Shown here: piece after piece, positions 1 through 7,630 of the stretch
How the letters are laid out: every line of letters begins with the position of its first letter
Position numbering within the stretch: position 1 is the stretch's first letter
DNA from: Rhodothermales bacterium
GTDB taxonomy: Bacteria; Bacteroidota; Rhodothermia; Rhodothermales; Bin80
Length of the DNA: 14,160 nucleotides
Direction of reading: 5' to 3'
Assembly (NCBI GenBank): GCA_012271205.1
Contig: JAAXGT010000189.1
Coordinates: 1 to 14,160 of the forward strand
Position numbers and translations under genes: made by a program
The notes under the pieces: model-generated
What the model was told of the DNA's origin: nothing
The model's database searches: none
The model's input: the letters and a program-made list of their open reading frames with translations, nothing else

Positions 1-210
1 GAGTAGCGCGGGCTGTGTTTAAACCGGCAACCCAAGCCTGTGAAACCGGAAACAAGGCTGAGATGGGAATTACCGTGGGAGCGTCAGTGGACGGTTCTAT
101 GCCTGCAGCGCCAGTGAGCGGATGCCGTGGTCGCTGCGCGTCAGGACTCCAGCCCCGCCGTTACCTGAATTCTGGAAGTGCTGACACTTGGCCCCTTACC
201 TGAAAATCAA

Positions 211-268
211 CATCCCTTCCAAGGGATGCAGCCGCAGACATGATCTGCCTTTGGTCAGTCTGCGGCTG
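211..268 (-). terminator. Two consecutive hairpins at the 3' end of the flotillin transcript, followed by a T-rich tract
   Basis: Read on the minus strand, the first hairpin is a perfect 11-bp inverted repeat, CAGCCGCAGAC (229-239) with GTCTGCGGCTG (258-268). Its 18-nt loop contains the flotillin stop codon (255-257). The second hairpin is CATCCC-TTGGAA-GGGATG (228-211). It is followed by TTGATTTTC (210-202). Confidence 0.45.
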
Positions 269-1526
269 ACTGGTCGTCCTGACGGGCGGGCGACTCGTGG
301 GAGGCACGGCTGAGCATACCGGCAATGTCAATGCCTGTGGACGCCTTTAAGCTCTCCAGTAAGGCCGGCGTAGAACCGGCAATCTGATTGAATACGGAGG
401 GAACGCCAGCCCCCTGCCCACTGTCGACGACGGTTAGCTTGTCGATTTTGAGATGATCCACCGTTTGTACGACCTGCTTCAAAATGTCCGGCAACATCTG
501 TATCAGGAAGAGCCGTTCCGCGTTTGACCCGGCCTCCTGCCACAACGCCAACTTCTGACGCAAGACCTCAACTTCAGCCTGGCCATCTTCAAGAATCCGC
601 GCAGCATTGCCCTTGGCAATCTCCTCCTTCGCCTTCCGCTCGGCTTCTGCCGCCACTACCACATCAGCGCGCTGACGCTTCTCCGCAAGCTTGATCTCTT
701 CTAGGGCCAATTCCTGCCGCACTTGCGCTGCCGCCACTTCCGCGGCCACGTCAACGCGGGCCTCCTCAGCCGCACTCCTCGCCGCCAATTGTGCTTTTAG
801 AACGCGAAGGTCGTTTTCGGCCTGCTCAATGCTCTTGTCCGCCGCCGCCTCGGCCAGCCTCGCCTGCTCTTTTTTCTCGGCCTCCGCAATCCGGGCAGCC
901 GCAATAATATGGGCGGATTGCTGACGCCCGATTGCATCCAGATAACCCGCATCATCCTCCACACTCTGAATCTTCATCGTATCCAGTTGCAGACCCAGGT
1001 TGCTCAAGTCATGATCGGCCTCGGCCAACAACTCCTTGGCAAATTTGAGCCGATCTTCGTTCACCTCCTCGGGGGTAAGGGTCGCCAACACCCCCCGCAA
1101 GTTTCCCTCAAGCGTCTCCTTGGCGATAGTCTGGATTTCATCGCGGCCCTTGCCCAATAGCCGCTCAACCGCGTTGGCCAGTTCGGTCTCGTTTGACGCC
1201 ACCTTGACGTTGGCAATGGCCCGCACCGTCAGCGGTATACCCCCTTTCGAATAGGCGTTCTGTACCGTCAAATCAAGCGGAATTGTGTTCAGTTGAATGC
1301 GTTCAACCTGCTCCAAAATCGGAATCCGAAACCCCCGACCTCCCTTAATAACGCGGTACCCGACGGCCGAACCGTCCGAGAGCCGGCGTCTGCGCCCGCT
1401 GAATATCAACACCTCATTGGGCTGACAAATCTTGAGGTTGGCCCTTACAATACCCAGAATGGTGAAAATTGCAACGACAATAATGCCACCTATAAGAAGG
1501 CCGCCGGTTACCGGATCCGCTCCCAT
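255..1526 (-). CDS. Flotillin-like SPFH/band-7 membrane protein (YqiK/FloT family)
   Basis: 423-aa ORF with an N-terminal hydrophobic anchor (LLIGGIIVVAIFTILGIV). An SPFH-like core follows (IPLDLTVQNAYSKGGIPLTVRAIANVKV). The central coiled-coil segment is long and Ala/Glu/Lys/Arg-rich (AEAEKKEQARLAEAAADK...AEAERKAKEEIAKG), as is typical of flotillins. The ATG lies at 1526-1524. Confidence 0.85.
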   Translation of the reverse strand: MGADPVTGGLLIGGIIVVAIFTILGIVRANLKICQPNEVLIFSGRRRRLSDGSAVGYRVIKGGRGFRIPILEQVERIQLNTIPLDLTVQNAYSKGGIPLTVRAIANVKVASNETELANAVERLLGKGRDEIQTIAKETLEGNLRGVLATLTPEEVNEDRLKFAKELLAEADHDLSNLGLQLDTMKIQSVEDDAGYLDAIGRQQSAHIIAAARIAEAEKKEQARLAEAAADKSIEQAENDLRVLKAQLAARSAAEEARVDVAAEVAAAQVRQELALEEIKLAEKRQRADVVVAAEAERKAKEEIAKGNAARILEDGQAEVEVLRQKLALWQEAGSNAERLFLIQMLPDILKQVVQTVDHLKIDKLTVVDSGQGAGVPSVFNQIAGSTPALLESLKASTGIDIAGMLSRASHESPARQDDQSAAD

Positions 1527-1576
1527 GCTTTATGTGATAGATCTCATGCGGCCGCTGAGGCCATAGTTATTCAACT

Positions 1577-2140
1577 TCAGGTGGCGCTCACAACTTCTGC
1601 CACCGTGCCATCCATGCGTACTACCAAAACTTCATCTCCTGCTGCATACTCCCCCCCTTCTTCTTCGAATGCGCGAGCCGCAAGTTGCATTCGCTGACCC
1701 TTTGCAACGAGTGCGATCTTGCCGGTATCGGTTGTACCAAACGGTATGACCACCCGGGCGGCGCAGCCGCGCAAGTCGCTGGCCGTTACCTCACTGGAAA
1801 CGTGTTCGTAGCCTACGCGCTTGATCACGTAGTTGCCCCCCAGCCCGATCCCCCCGCCCAAAGTGAGCGAAATCAATAGCCTGGCCACCTCATTTACACC
1901 CGCCAGAGGCAAGAGCACGCCGCAAAGGCCGAAGAAGGCCGTAAACAGAAACACCGTCCGCAAGGACAAGAGGTCGACAAAGCCCGGCCCGGCACCGATT
2001 GCGGCATCCACATCCAGTTCTGCTTCCCAGTCCAAGTCCACATCCGCGTCGACATCTGCTTCATGGTCGCCAAATCCGAACACCGAAAGCAGCACGAATA
2101 CTCCGCCGACCACCAAGCTTATCCAGTAAAGCATCTCCAT
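1577..2140 (-). CDS. NfeD-like membrane protein (YqiJ/YuaF family), the partner of flotillin
   Basis: 187 aa. The N-terminal half is hydrophobic and multi-TM (ISLVVGGVFVLLSVFGF; FLFTAFFGLCGVLLPLAGV; LLISLTLGGGIGLGG). The C-terminal part is soluble, beta-rich and OB-fold-like (VVIPFGTTDTGKIALVAKGQRMQLAARA...GDEVLVVRMDGTVAEVV). It lies immediately upstream of the flotillin gene on the same strand. GGAG sits 4 nt before the ATG at 2140. Confidence 0.75.
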   Translation of the reverse strand: MEMLYWISLVVGGVFVLLSVFGFGDHEADVDADVDLDWEAELDVDAAIGAGPGFVDLLSLRTVFLFTAFFGLCGVLLPLAGVNEVARLLISLTLGGGIGLGGNYVIKRVGYEHVSSEVTASDLRGCAARVVIPFGTTDTGKIALVAKGQRMQLAARAFEEEGGEYAAGDEVLVVRMDGTVAEVVSAT

Positions 2141-2200
2141 GATCTCCGGCCGGAACGAACTGGCCCAGAATGTTAAAACTACAAAGAGAATTACAAAGTC

Positions 2201-2221
2201 GCTCCACTGGATTCGTGGAGC
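2201..2221 (-). terminator. Hairpin downstream of glnK, a candidate terminator for the amtB-glnK unit
   Basis: GCTCCAC-N7-GTGGAGC, a perfect 7-bp stem, lies 30 nt after the glnK stop. On the minus strand it is followed by GACTTTGTAATTCTCTTTGTAGTTTT, which is T-rich. Confidence 0.45.
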
Positions 2222-2251
2222 GGCCCTACAATGGCCTGGTGTGGATGTGTA

Positions 2252-2602
2252 TTACCGAACCGGCGTAACGGCGGCCCTGTCTTCTTCCTTTGTACGGACC
2301 CGGACTATGCGTTCGACCGGAAGAACAAAGATCTTGCCGTCGCCAACCTCACCCGTATATGCAGCCTCACAGATGGCTTTCACGGTTCGGTCCACGAATG
2401 GCTCCGATACTCCGATATCGAGCATGATCTTGTCGTGGAGTTCCATTTTGACCGTAGTCCCGCGGTAGGTCTCGACCTTTTCGACTTCGCCGCCATGTCC
2501 ACGAACGCGCGATACTGTAAGTCCGTAGACCTCAGCCGCGTACAGACCCCGCAGTACTTCGGGCAATCTGTCAGGGCGAATAATTGCTTTGACCAGTTTC
2601 AT
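2252..2602 (-). CDS. glnK: Nitrogen regulatory protein P-II (GlnK type, linked to amtB)
   Basis: 116 aa beginning MKLVKAIIRPDRLPEV. The T-loop region ETYRGTTV carries a conserved Tyr, and the C-terminus reads GDGKIFVLPVERIVRVRT. The start lies 22 nt downstream of the amtB stop on the same strand. Confidence 0.9.
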   Translation of the reverse strand: MKLVKAIIRPDRLPEVLRGLYAAEVYGLTVSRVRGHGGEVEKVETYRGTTVKMELHDKIMLDIGVSEPFVDRTVKAICEAAYTGEVGDGKIFVLPVERIVRVRTKEEDRAAVTPVR

Positions 2603-2624
2603 GAGAATGTGGTTTTCCGGGTTT

Positions 2625-3968
2625 TCAAGTGACGCTTATCAGACCATTGACGTGCTCCGGCGCCTCCTCGTCATTGAGTAGTACCGCTCCTTCGCCAGTT
2701 GCATACGCCTCTTCGCCGTGGGCTGAAATATCCATTCCAAGGCCCTCCGACTGAGCATCCGCCCGCAACGGTGCGAACAGGCCAATGAATTTCAGCAACA
2801 GGAACGTTACGATGCCGCTATACCCCGCAACGGCCAAGATTGACACGGCCTGAATGCCCACCTGCGCAGCGTTGCCGTCAATCATCCCTTCAGCGCCGCC
2901 AAATGCGACCGATGCAAACACGCCCGTCAGCAAGGCACCTGAGATGCCGCCCACGCCGTGCGCCGCAAAGACATCCAACGAGTCATCCAGCTTGGTACGC
3001 GTGCGCCAGCGGATGAGCAGGTAGCTGGGGAAAGCACTGATCAAGCCAAGCGCAATCGCGCCTGTGGGCGAAACAAAACCGGCAGCCGGCGTAATTGCAA
3101 CCAGGCCAACTACAATAGCCGTCGCCACGCCGACGGCCGTAATGCGTTTGGTAACGAAGTAATCCAGGAACACCCAGGCAACCAGGCAAGCGGCCGGTGC
3201 GAGCATCGTATTGACCAGTGCAAGCGCCGCAATGCCATCCGCCGCCAAGGCACTCCCCCCATTAAACCCGAACCAGCCGAACCACAAAATGCCAGCACCC
3301 AAAAGCACAAATGGTACGTTATGAGGGAGCAGCGCTTCGCGCCCGTAGTCCTTGCGCGCGCCCAAAACCAGCGCCGCCACCATAGCGGCTACGCCTGCAT
3401 TGACATGTACTACTGCCCCGCCAGCGAAGTCTAGAGCACCCATCTCACCAATCCAGCCGCCACCCCAGACCCAATGACACACTGGTGCATAGACAAGCAG
3501 CCCCCACAGTGCAATAAACGCCATGTAAGATGGAAACCGCATACGCTCAACCACGGCCCCACTGATCAGCGCGGCCGTGATGATGGCAAACGTTCCTTGG
3601 AACGCCATAAACAAAAGGCTAGGGATAGTGCCATTTGGCTCCAGTCCCACGCCTTTCAGGGCAGCCATGGAAAAGTCGCCGATCCAAGCACTGCCTTCGC
3701 CAAAAGCCAGCGAGTATCCCAACAGCGCCCACAAGGCCCCCGATACGCCTAGCGCGACAAAACTCATCATCATGGTATTCAGCGCATTCTTGGAGCGCAC
3801 CAAGCCGCCGTAGAAAAACGCCAGCGCCGGTGTCATTAGAAGCACCAGTGCCGTAGATACCAAAAGCCAGGCCGTGTCTGCCCCGCTGATGGCATCTGCT
3901 TCCTGTGCGAAGGCCGCTGGCACAAAAACCATGAGCACTGCCATGAAGCAAACGGTCCGTCGAAACAT
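2625..3968 (-). CDS. amtB: Ammonium transporter (Amt/AmtB family) with an N-terminal signal peptide
   Basis: Multi-TM protein with the Amt signatures DFAGGAVVHVNAGVAAMVAALVLGARK and FGFNGGSA. The ORF track starts it at a GTG at 3977. I prefer the ATG at 3968 (MFRRTVCFMAVLMVFVPAAFAQEA, a signal peptide). AAGGTGA precedes it with a 5-nt spacer. Confidence 0.9.
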   Translation of the reverse strand: MFRRTVCFMAVLMVFVPAAFAQEADAISGADTAWLLVSTALVLLMTPALAFFYGGLVRSKNALNTMMMSFVALGVSGALWALLGYSLAFGEGSAWIGDFSMAALKGVGLEPNGTIPSLLFMAFQGTFAIITAALISGAVVERMRFPSYMAFIALWGLLVYAPVCHWVWGGGWIGEMGALDFAGGAVVHVNAGVAAMVAALVLGARKDYGREALLPHNVPFVLLGAGILWFGWFGFNGGSALAADGIAALALVNTMLAPAACLVAWVFLDYFVTKRITAVGVATAIVVGLVAITPAAGFVSPTGAIALGLISAFPSYLLIRWRTRTKLDDSLDVFAAHGVGGISGALLTGVFASVAFGGAEGMIDGNAAQVGIQAVSILAVAGYSGIVTFLLLKFIGLFAPLRADAQSEGLGMDISAHGEEAYATGEGAVLLNDEEAPEHVNGLISVT

Positions 3969-3977
3969 GTGAGTCAC

Positions 3978-4100
3978 CTTTAGTTTTTAGGTATATGATG
4001 ACTTATAGTCATATTTAACCGTAATATTTTAAGACATTTCAACAATTCATCCAATTTAATTAGTCTATTGGAAGCGTTTACATCGAAAGATTGGGGATTA
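3978..4100 (-). promoter_or_regulatory. AT-rich intergenic island upstream of amtB, a candidate promoter/operator containing a 15-bp palindrome
   Basis: The AT content is strikingly higher than in flanking coding DNA. On the minus strand there is a sigma-70-like TTGGAT-N17-TAAAAT. A palindrome ATGACT-TAT-AGTCAT (3998-4012) lies about 30 nt upstream of the amtB start codon. Confidence 0.45.
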
Positions 4101-4106
4101 TTTCAC

Positions 4107-4131
4107 AAAAAACACAACGAAACAAGGTGTT
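4107..4131 (-). terminator. Weak hairpin plus T6 run downstream of the outer-membrane-like gene
   Basis: On the minus strand, AACAC-N11-GTGTT is followed by TTTTTTGTG. A GC-rich inverted repeat GAGGGG-N17-CCCCTC (4150-4178) lies just before it. Confidence 0.3.
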
Positions 4132-4207
4132 CCACGACCCAAACGAAGGGGAGGGGTAACCCGCATGCAGGCGCCCCTCGGCCTGATTGGAGATAAGAAT
4201 TACGATT

Positions 4208-5668
4208 TCAGAGGGGGAGAAGCAGCGATATTTGATGGGTCCACACGCGTGCCCGGGCCACGTCGAGCGGACCAGCCGGCGCAACCACGAAGTTGGACGC
4301 GAATGCTGCCGCCGCATCCCGTACCCGCGACTGCGCAAGTCCGGGCCGTCCGGTTCCCCAGGTCATAATGATCAGATACCGCACCGTAAAGGTGTCGAAT
4401 GAGTACGCTGTGCCCGAAGTGAATGTCCATTCGCTCCAACTCTGATCAAGCGTGCGCTTGAATTGCTCGACATAATTCTCCTGCTTCAGTCTGTAACTGT
4501 AGAGGCGAAGGTTGAGGCCCGCGCCAATTTCCATGCGCTGCCCGCGCTGACGCAGCCCCATGCGAACATGGCCGTTTTGGAATCGAAAGAAGTTCTCCAC
4601 GGTCATGGCCCCCTTTGGAATTACGTTGTCAGAGTCAGCCAAGGGCGTATCCTCCAGCGCATTGGCCCATGTATGGCTCCAGATAGGCTCATAAACGGCA
4701 TCCAGCCCGTAAGTCGTGCGCCCGATAGTTCGTGCCACGCCGATACCAAGGTTGTACGCCTGGCTATTACCGGGGTCGCGCGGTATCTGCATCAAATCAT
4801 AGTTGGGAATCTTGGGATGACTCTTCCAATCGCCTACAAGGCGACCTCCCAAACGCCAGCCCTGCCCAACCGGATGCTCGTAGCCCGCGCGTAACGCCCA
4901 GCTGTGCGTCTGATCCTGCTCAAGCCGGATCCCCGTATCTAGGAACCAGGCCTCAGTGCTAAAAAATCCCTCCGTTAGGGTGTGGTCCATTTTGAACCGG
5001 TGGTAAGACAGAACCAGCTCAGCATGACGTCCGTCAATCCAGTCCTGGGCCACCCCCAAACGTATGTTCGTCATACGACCCTCCTGCTCCAGACCGGAAT
5101 TTTGCGCATATAAGAGCTGAACCCCCTCGAGACCATTCAGCCAGCCTGAGAACACGCTCACCCCTACCGACATTCGCGTGTTGGGTATGACCCGACCCGC
5201 CATGACATAGGAGTACAGATTGTGGATCGATAGTGAGCTTGCTTCAGGAGGGCGCGTGGTCACAAACGAGGCATTAAAAAAAGTGCAACAAGACACCGCT
5301 GTGCGCTTGCTCATTTCCTGCCAAGCCAGACTTGCGGTGCCAAACCAGCTGCCACGGCGCAACATAATGCTCAGTGGCAACGAGCGGGCCGAACTCGACT
5401 GACTGCCAATCGTCTCTCCTATTTTATAAAAGTGAGGCGTGACCGCCACATGTGCCCCCTTTATTGAGGAGCCTCTGGCCGGATTGCTGTATGCATCATG
5501 CCACACATCCCGTAGCGCGATGTTCACCCCGCCCAATGCCGCATTCTCAGATGGAAAAAGCAGAAACTGTGTTCCGGTTGCAACCGGAATGGATTTGACC
5601 GGAATCTCCTGAGCATGAGCTGCCGCGGACCATAACAACAGGAAGACGACCCAATGGTGTGGCTTCAC
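4208..5668 (-). CDS. Secreted beta-rich protein with a signal peptide, a putative outer-membrane beta-barrel/porin-like protein
   Basis: The long ORF (4208-5740) is rich in Gly/Tyr/Trp/Asn/Ser/Thr with alternating hydrophobic residues (YNLGIGVARTI, LNLRLYSYRL, WTFTSGTAYSF). The preferred start is GTG at 5668, preceded by AGGAGG with a 6-nt spacer. This gives VKPHHWVVFLLLWSAAAHA-QE, a classic signal peptide. The alternative ATG at 5740 directly abuts the pfk stop (TGAATG) but adds a 24-aa Arg/Cys-rich extension. The C-terminus (...HQISLLLPL) is not a typical barrel terminus, so the family is uncertain. Confidence 0.55.
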   Translation of the reverse strand: MKPHHWVVFLLLWSAAAHAQEIPVKSIPVATGTQFLLFPSENAALGGVNIALRDVWHDAYSNPARGSSIKGAHVAVTPHFYKIGETIGSQSSSARSLPLSIMLRRGSWFGTASLAWQEMSKRTAVSCCTFFNASFVTTRPPEASSLSIHNLYSYVMAGRVIPNTRMSVGVSVFSGWLNGLEGVQLLYAQNSGLEQEGRMTNIRLGVAQDWIDGRHAELVLSYHRFKMDHTLTEGFFSTEAWFLDTGIRLEQDQTHSWALRAGYEHPVGQGWRLGGRLVGDWKSHPKIPNYDLMQIPRDPGNSQAYNLGIGVARTIGRTTYGLDAVYEPIWSHTWANALEDTPLADSDNVIPKGAMTVENFFRFQNGHVRMGLRQRGQRMEIGAGLNLRLYSYRLKQENYVEQFKRTLDQSWSEWTFTSGTAYSFDTFTVRYLIIMTWGTGRPGLAQSRVRDAAAAFASNFVVAPAGPLDVARARVWTHQISLLLPL

Positions 5669-5740
5669 GATGCACCTCCTTCTATAGCTGCATACATGAG
5701 AGGTACAACGGCGAAAGTACGGGCACCCAATGGATTGCAT

Positions 5741-6934
5741 TCAATCGGCGTTCATGATAAAGAGGGGGGCGTTGTTCAGATCCTTGAAATTCGGTCTCAA
5801 GCGCTCCCTGTTGTAGAACTTATCTACGTCCACGACTTTGTGCGGCCCGTTGATAACCTCCATCGAAATGCTGCCATACACACCGTTGCGGATATTGACC
5901 AGCCGACCCGAAGTCCCCTCAAGGATGAGATCCAAAGCCAGGTTGCCGAACGCCATCGGGACGACACAGTCGAGCGCGTCAGGTGCCCCGCATCGCACGA
6001 GGTAGCCGAGCCGCTGATTGATTACGTTGATTCGTCGCCCCGCGTTGTACTTGGGTGACAAACGCTTGAGCTCATCGCCTACGCGCCTGCCGATGCCACC
6101 CAGTTTGGCATGCCCATATTGGTCTTTCTCTGTTTCTAAAAAGGACATGCTATCGTCACCCCGGATCTTGGCCCCCTCGGACACCAGGACTACCGAATAG
6201 CTGCTTGGATGCCGATTGCGATCATACACCAAGAGGTCCGTCAATTGCTCAATATCAAAATCCAACTCTGGAATGACGCATCGGTCAGCCGCGCCTGCCA
6301 TCGTGGGCAGGAGCGCCGAATACCCTGCATAGCGACCGAAGACCTCTATAACCAGGAACCGTTCATGCGATCCGGCTGACGTGCGCAGGGTGTGGGCCAG
6401 TTCTATAGTCCGTGAAACGCAGGTGCCAAAGCCGATGCAGTAATCGGTACCGGGTACGTCATTGTCCATCGTCTTCGGAATGGCCACGACTTTCACACCT
6501 TCCTTGTGTAGCCGGTAGCCGTAGCTAAGCGTGTCGTCGCCACCGATAGGAACCAAAAAGTCCAACCCGAGCCACTCGATGTTTTTGAGCACCTGAGGTG
6601 TCACATCGTTGATTTCATCTTGATAGCTCCCACGCAGGTGGACCGGCAGATTCGGCCTGGGTAAATGGCTCGGTCGCGTGCGTGAACTGTGCAGGAAGGT
6701 TCCGCCGGTGCGACCGGCCGGATTTACGATCTCTTCGCTGAGCACGTGGAAGTTGCCGCTGTTGTCCGCCTCCCTGTCTTGAACAAGATCCACCAGCCCC
6801 GCCCAACCCCGCTTGATCCCGATCACCCGATACCCTTCACGAATCGCTCGAATGGTCACGGCTCGAATGGCCGGATTGAGTCCCGGAACGTCACCACCGC
6901 CCGTCAAAATTCCAATGGTTCCCTTGTTTGCCAT
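5741..6934 (-). CDS. pfk: 6-phosphofructokinase with a pyrophosphate-dependent-type active-site signature
   Basis: 397 aa beginning MANKGTIGILTGGGDVPGLNPAIRAV (PFK N-terminus). The motifs are GGDDT (not GGDGS) and PKTMDNDV (not PGTIDND). This Asp/Lys pair is the established signature distinguishing PPi-PFKs from ATP-PFKs. Confidence 0.85.
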   Translation of the reverse strand: MANKGTIGILTGGGDVPGLNPAIRAVTIRAIREGYRVIGIKRGWAGLVDLVQDREADNSGNFHVLSEEIVNPAGRTGGTFLHSSRTRPSHLPRPNLPVHLRGSYQDEINDVTPQVLKNIEWLGLDFLVPIGGDDTLSYGYRLHKEGVKVVAIPKTMDNDVPGTDYCIGFGTCVSRTIELAHTLRTSAGSHERFLVIEVFGRYAGYSALLPTMAGAADRCVIPELDFDIEQLTDLLVYDRNRHPSSYSVVLVSEGAKIRGDDSMSFLETEKDQYGHAKLGGIGRRVGDELKRLSPKYNAGRRINVINQRLGYLVRCGAPDALDCVVPMAFGNLALDLILEGTSGRLVNIRNGVYGSISMEVINGPHKVVDVDKFYNRERLRPNFKDLNNAPLFIMNAD

Positions 6935-7032
6935 CTCAGTGCGTAAGTCCGTACAATTGATTTTGCTGGTTGCGCAAACTACGACAGGAGGGTCAAACCG
7001 GCTATGTGTCTACAGTTATGATTACACAGGCT

Positions 7033-7060
7033 GGAATGCATCGCTACCTCTTATCGTCTA
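7033..7060 (+). promoter_or_regulatory. Candidate ECF-sigma-type promoter upstream of the first LTXXQ gene
   Basis: GGAAT (7033-7037), then 17 nt, then CGTCTAA (7055-7061). This resembles the ECF AAC-N16/17-CGT architecture. The predicted TSS is about 45 nt upstream of the ATG at 7115. Confidence 0.3.
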
Positions 7061-7114
7061 ATGGGTACATCGGACTGGCGAGAAACTCAACCACTTTCAC
7101 ACTACTCAGAAACC

Positions 7115-7501
7115 ATGCGCATCAAGTTTGCCATTCTTGTACTAATGGCCTGCACCCTCATGACCGGGACCACATTCGCCCAGCGCGGACAACGCAGCGA
7201 TATGGCGGCCCTGTATAAAGCAGAAACCGACTCCCTCATTGCCCGACTCGCATTGGAAGAGGAGCAGGTTGAAGCCGTGCAAGCAGTTTTACAATCACGC
7301 TTCGACAAGCTCACAAAACTGCGACCAGTGCCCGGAGGCGGTCGTGAACAGTTCGAGGCCATACGATCCCAGATGCAAGAAATTGAAAAAGAAACAGTGG
7401 CTGCTTTGACTCCCCTGCTCTCTGAGGCCCAGATGGAGACCTATCAGGAATTCATGGCCGAGCGGCAAGAGATGCGTCGGGCCCGCCGAGGCCGTCAGTG
7501 A
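7115..7501 (+). CDS. Small periplasmic LTXXQ/CpxP-Spy-like protein (paralog 1)
   Basis: The start is taken at the internal ATG at 7115 because it yields the signal peptide MRIKFAILVLMACTLMTGTTFA-QRG. The mature protein (~105 aa) is all-helical, Glu/Gln/Arg-rich, and carries an LTP..SEAQMETYQEF block with an Arg-rich tail (RRARRGRQ). The upstream residues of the 7061 ORF (MGTSDWRETQPLSHYSET) do not look like protein. Confidence 0.6.
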   Translation: MRIKFAILVLMACTLMTGTTFAQRGQRSDMAALYKAETDSLIARLALEEEQVEAVQAVLQSRFDKLTKLRPVPGGGREQFEAIRSQMQEIEKETVAALTPLLSEAQMETYQEFMAERQEMRRARRGRQ

Positions 7502-7504
7502 CGA

Positions 7505-7531
7505 CCGTGCGGCGGCCGTCAGGAAGCACGG
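7505..7531 (+). other. GC-rich hairpin between the LTXXQ gene and the sigma gene, a possible attenuator or terminator without a U-tract
   Basis: CCGTGC-N15-GCACGG lies 4 nt after the stop. A direct repeat GGCCGTCAG occurs at 7489-7497 and 7513-7521. No T-run follows. Confidence 0.3.
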
Positions 7532-7630
7532 TGAAAGGGCCTCGTTTGGCATGGCGCATATGCGATCGGACGGGATGCATTACACTTGTATCAAGATGGA
7601 AAAGGGAGTGCGATTCCTACCAGTGTACTC

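Noticed and set aside
15-203. 62-aa plus-strand ORF at the window start
   Set aside because: Its composition is not protein-like (RGRCASGLQPRRYLNSGSADTWPLT). There is no RBS or motif, and it lies in the terminator zone of the minus-strand flotillin unit.
2958-3434. Numerous antisense or overlapping ORFs inside real genes, for example 2958-3434(+), 5654-6058(+), 9295-9747(-), 9861-10322(-), 10878-11681(-), 11819-12133(-) and 13170-13505(-)
   Set aside because: These are typical shadow ORFs of high-GC coding DNA. Their products are Arg/Ala/Pro/Cys-rich without motifs, and each lies fully inside a well-supported gene on the opposite strand.
3978-4100. Sigma-54 (TGGCAC-N5-TTGCW) promoter for amtB
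   Set aside because: No GG-N10-GC arrangement matching the -24/-12 consensus was found on the amtB strand. Only a sigma-70-like TTGGAT-N17-TAAAAT is present.
7555-7564. Perfect 10-bp palindrome CGCATATGCG upstream of the sigma gene
   Set aside because: Perfect 10-bp palindromes are expected several times by chance in 14 kb. There are no flanking half-site repeats or a second copy, so it is not called as an operator.
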